A DNA stretch of 63,559 bases, counting the filler, from Asterionella formosa (Eukaryota): NCBI GenBank assembly GCA_002256025.1. It is 9 parts of 9 records of this genome, joined end to end, with 100 filler letters (N's around TTAATTAATTAA, not from the genome) between each part and the next. Parts side by side here need not be neighbours in the genome. Positions count along the whole stretch, not along the records: positions 56,598 to 63,559 come from NKIB01012563.1; 8 more parts are not named here. The stretch is one strand, 5' to 3'. Position 1 is the stretch's first letter. Every line of letters begins with the position of its first letter. The notes below the pieces were generated by a model. It had not been told where the DNA came from. It searched no databases and saw nothing but the letters and a program-made list of their open reading frames with translations. Below are positions 60,788 through 63,559 of this stretch, piece after piece. The translations under genes were made by a program, and so were the position numbers.

Positions 60788-60912
60788 TGGAGAAATTATT
60801 TTAGGAAAGAAAAGTCCCGGTATGCTGAATTACCTACTACAAACTGAATCGAATGAATCAAAAAGAATTTGGTACGAGAGAAAACTCACAATTCGAAAAC
60901 AATCTACATCGC
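60788..60912 (+). mobile_element. Solo LTR fragment of the copia family at 1872-2148
   Basis: tggagaaattattttaggaa...gaattacctactaca...aatgaatcaaaaagaa...aattcgaaaacaatct shared with 1875-1998. Confidence 0.85.
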
Positions 60913-61067
60913 ACTATGAAAATGGTAAGATATTTTACCAATGAAACATTACAAAAACTAACATAAAATACCAATGCCCCCACCCCCCATGAATATATAA
61001 TTTCTATGCTGCCCCTTTCATCGAAAAATGTTGCATACCACCATCATCAATCATTGCTCACTGTTGT

Positions 61068-62618
61068 TTATACCATTTGCACCTCGGGAGTGTAACTTAT
61101 ATGGGTCTCGCTTTGATTGTCATGATCAAAATCATCTTTCAAAAGAGATGAAATTGTAATTTCTGTTGCTGCTATGGGACTTGGTGCCAATTCATATACA
61201 ATGAGACCACCCACCACAAACACTAAGGCTGCCCAAAAGAGAGGAGGAGGAGTGACATTTTGAGCAAAGATTGTAAATAGTACAGACCAAAGGGCGGGGT
61301 CTGTCAGGCAGGAAAGATTGAGTAATGTTGCTTCCGATTTGCTAAGAAAGTGAGCAATTCCAATGAATTCCAATGAACTGGCAATCACATAAAGCAGTAC
61401 CAAGGCTGCTGTTCCATACCCTGAGCAAGACCCTCCAGTATAGAGTTCAATAATGTCATTACGTTCAGTAAGCCATCCTTGAGTCATGGATATAATGGAT
61501 GCAAAGAACCCAAGCATACCGAGAAATTCTGTTGTATCTCCCTTGTCAGCTTTCAAAACACCTTCTGCTACAACATCAACAATACCATAAATAATGCCAC
61601 CCATGATTGCCAAAAAGTCTCCAAACAGTCGATTGGGGTACTCATCTTGGTCTGCAGTGGTGGTGTTGGTGGTATTTCCATCAAGCATTTCATCGACATG
61701 ATAGTCGGCAAGGACATTGTAGACCACCCCAATCATGCACATGCTCACTCCCAGGAAATGTACAACTCCAAAGGACCGCCCAAGAAATAATTTGGATAAT
61801 ACCATGGCAGAAGGTACAGCCAAGGATGCAAACAATGTTACAGATGTCATGGGAGTATACTTGAAGGCAAGGATAGTACAATAACAGGCTTGCACATCTA
61901 GGAATGCAATGACAAGATATCTCCATGGTTGTGTTTTGATTGGAAAGATACGTAGAAACCAAATGAAGGCATCTCCTTGTCCTATCGCAGTGATTTTTAT
62001 TGATGTTTTTGTTGTTGTTGTTGTTGTTTCTGTGAGTCGTCCTCGTTTTAGTGCCACTCCACGTGCATAAACAGGTATTAGGTAAAGTGATAGGAGAGTG
62101 AAAAAGACCCCAGATGTAAACAATGGTGCGGATACCTGACATTCAAAGTTCATGGTGGCTTGTGCCGCACCTCCAGTAGCCATGGCGAGAGAAATGAGCT
62201 GTCCAAATAAGAGTATTTTCCAATGTGCCATGACAAAGGATGCCGTTTCATGAATGGCCTCCAATGTCATGGACTTGATTGTGACATGTGTAACGACTGA
62301 ATCCAGGTCGTTGTTGCTATTATTAAGGTTGTTGCGGTTGCGGTCAGCTCGACGGCGAATGGGGAACACAATTTCTGCATCTAAATCAAATGCTTCATTC
62401 ATGAGAGTCATCAGTTTGCTACTTGACGTGCTAGTGACGGATTGATTATTGTCCTCATCGGCGCTGAGTAGGGAGCGATCGTCGTCGTACATGGTGTCAA
62501 TATTATTATTGTCGTGTTCATTGACATGGTAGTCGTTGTTGTCGTTGTTGTTGTTTGTTCTTTCTTTCAATTGCTGGTGAGAAGTATCATTGTTGTTGAT
62601 GGTGTTACTTGAACTCAT
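61068..62618 (-). CDS. SLC35F1/F2-family (DMT) transporter
   Basis: LLFGQLISL, WRYL.IAFLDVQA.Y...LAF.YT..TSVTL, GDFLAI.GG..YG...V..E, EFLGMLG, SEATLLNLS.LT; ~10 TM segments. Confidence 0.85.
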   Translation of the reverse strand: MSSSNTINNNDTSHQQLKERTNNNNDNNDYHVNEHDNNNIDTMYDDDRSLLSADEDNNQSVTSTSSSKLMTLMNEAFDLDAEIVFPIRRRADRNRNNLNNSNNDLDSVVTHVTIKSMTLEAIHETASFVMAHWKILLFGQLISLAMATGGAAQATMNFECQVSAPLFTSGVFFTLLSLYLIPVYARGVALKRGRLTETTTTTTKTSIKITAIGQGDAFIWFLRIFPIKTQPWRYLVIAFLDVQACYCTILAFKYTPMTSVTLFASLAVPSAMVLSKLFLGRSFGVVHFLGVSMCMIGVVYNVLADYHVDEMLDGNTTNTTTADQDEYPNRLFGDFLAIMGGIIYGIVDVVAEGVLKADKGDTTEFLGMLGFFASIISMTQGWLTERNDIIELYTGGSCSGYGTAALVLLYVIASSLEFIGIAHFLSKSEATLLNLSCLTDPALWSVLFTIFAQNVTPPPLFWAALVFVVGGLIVYELAPSPIAATEITISSLLKDDFDHDNQSETHISYTPEVQMV

Positions 62619-63559
62619 CGTATGGCAAACCTTGAAAATAAATGAATGACAACGTATTTTCTGGTTGAACAAGGAAACAACGAAATACTCGCTGCAGTTG
62701 CCTACTGGAACAAATAAAGGTCTGTTCTCAAGGGAACGACGATTAGAGAAAATGGAAGGGCAGTACACCCATGCAAGGATATTGATCTAGCACCAAGCAG
62801 GAAGAATTATAACTACCACGGCGCTGAGCGAAAAAAAGGAAGAAGGCAATCAAATATATGTATGAACTGTAATTATGCCACCGCCATATTTTGAAGGAAT
62901 GACCTTTCGAGGAGTGCAACGAGCAGCATTTCCGGTATCGGTAGTCATTTTCAATATATATATACCCCCGGTAAATTCATTCTATCAATCATGATGGCTT
63001 AATTTATCACATACCGGTATACCGTATCTATATTCATACATGTCAATTGTTTTAGATGTGGTACCTGGTATGCCGATATTTACATGCGGTAAATGAAGGG
63101 CAGTACTTTGCACGCTGAATGGAAAATTATGTACCTACCGGTACAGGTACTCCTTTGCATTGTTGCAAAGGGAGACATCATGGTACCGGTAACCAGTTAT
63201 CCGGTAGATAAAAGTTGTGCTTCTCAGACCATGTACCAGATACGCAACCAGTATACCGGTAAGCAATGTAGAATGGATATAACCGTAATAACTGCACAAT
63301 ACCAATTTTTTTAAACCGGCATTTAGTACGGTAGACTACTCAACCACCCTAATTTCATTGTTAAAATGTATACCGGTACCTACATACCGGTATGTATGAA
63401 TCTGGCTGGTTGACGAGACCTCCCGCCTCCGCCTCCTCACGTTTCGGCGTTCTTGCATTTGCAGTTGACGTCATGGTTTCCTGCTAAAATACCGGAATAT
63501 GAACAATGCACTAACCACAATACCGGTAGTACAACACTCCCACTTCCTGTAGTCCTCTT

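Noticed and set aside
51608..62618. QTGAL-like plus SLC35F as a physical queuosine gene cluster
   Set aside because: Separated by an artificial linker; proximity in the window is coincidental.

Overview
This is eukaryotic DNA, most likely from a diatom (inferred from PGRL1, diatom-style HPPD/TRP/PPR genes, short ~80-90 bp GT-AG introns and CoDi-like copia elements). It is not one locus. Nine ~7-kb contigs (1-6986, 7087-14068, 14169-21148, 21249-28221, 28322-35291, 35392-42359, 42460-49434, 49535-56497, 56598-63559) are joined by artificial 100-nt N44-TTAATTAATTAA-N44 linkers, so neighbourhood across linkers has no biological meaning. Contigs 1-3, 6 and 7 are dominated by decayed transposons: copia LTR elements, DDE-1/pogo-like, Ginger-like integrase plus Ulp1 protease, a Plavaka-like transposase and MITEs. 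Contigs 4, 5, 8 and 9 carry host genes: trypsin, a TRP-like channel, a KOW/AT-hook/SAP protein, MCC-alpha, tyrosine aminotransferase, TRMT11, a QTGAL/B3GNTL1 homolog, a PPR protein, HPPD, a GGCT-like protein and an SLC35F transporter. The most notable observations are: (1) contig 6 is entirely bounded by ~690-bp near-identical inverted repeats starting AGTAGT and encloses a mosaic of TE fragments plus a fold-back; (2) a scrambled, partly inverted, LTR-less copia fragment with LTR-end-like termini is cleanly inserted in a Plavaka-like transposase; (3) two tRNA-modification genes (TRMT11 and QTGAL-like) lie tail-to-tail with stop codons 3 bp apart; (4) two copia copies differ by a CpG-deamination signature; (5) TACCGGTA-type palindromes cluster next to gene starts. 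All family calls come from motif recognition, not database searches.
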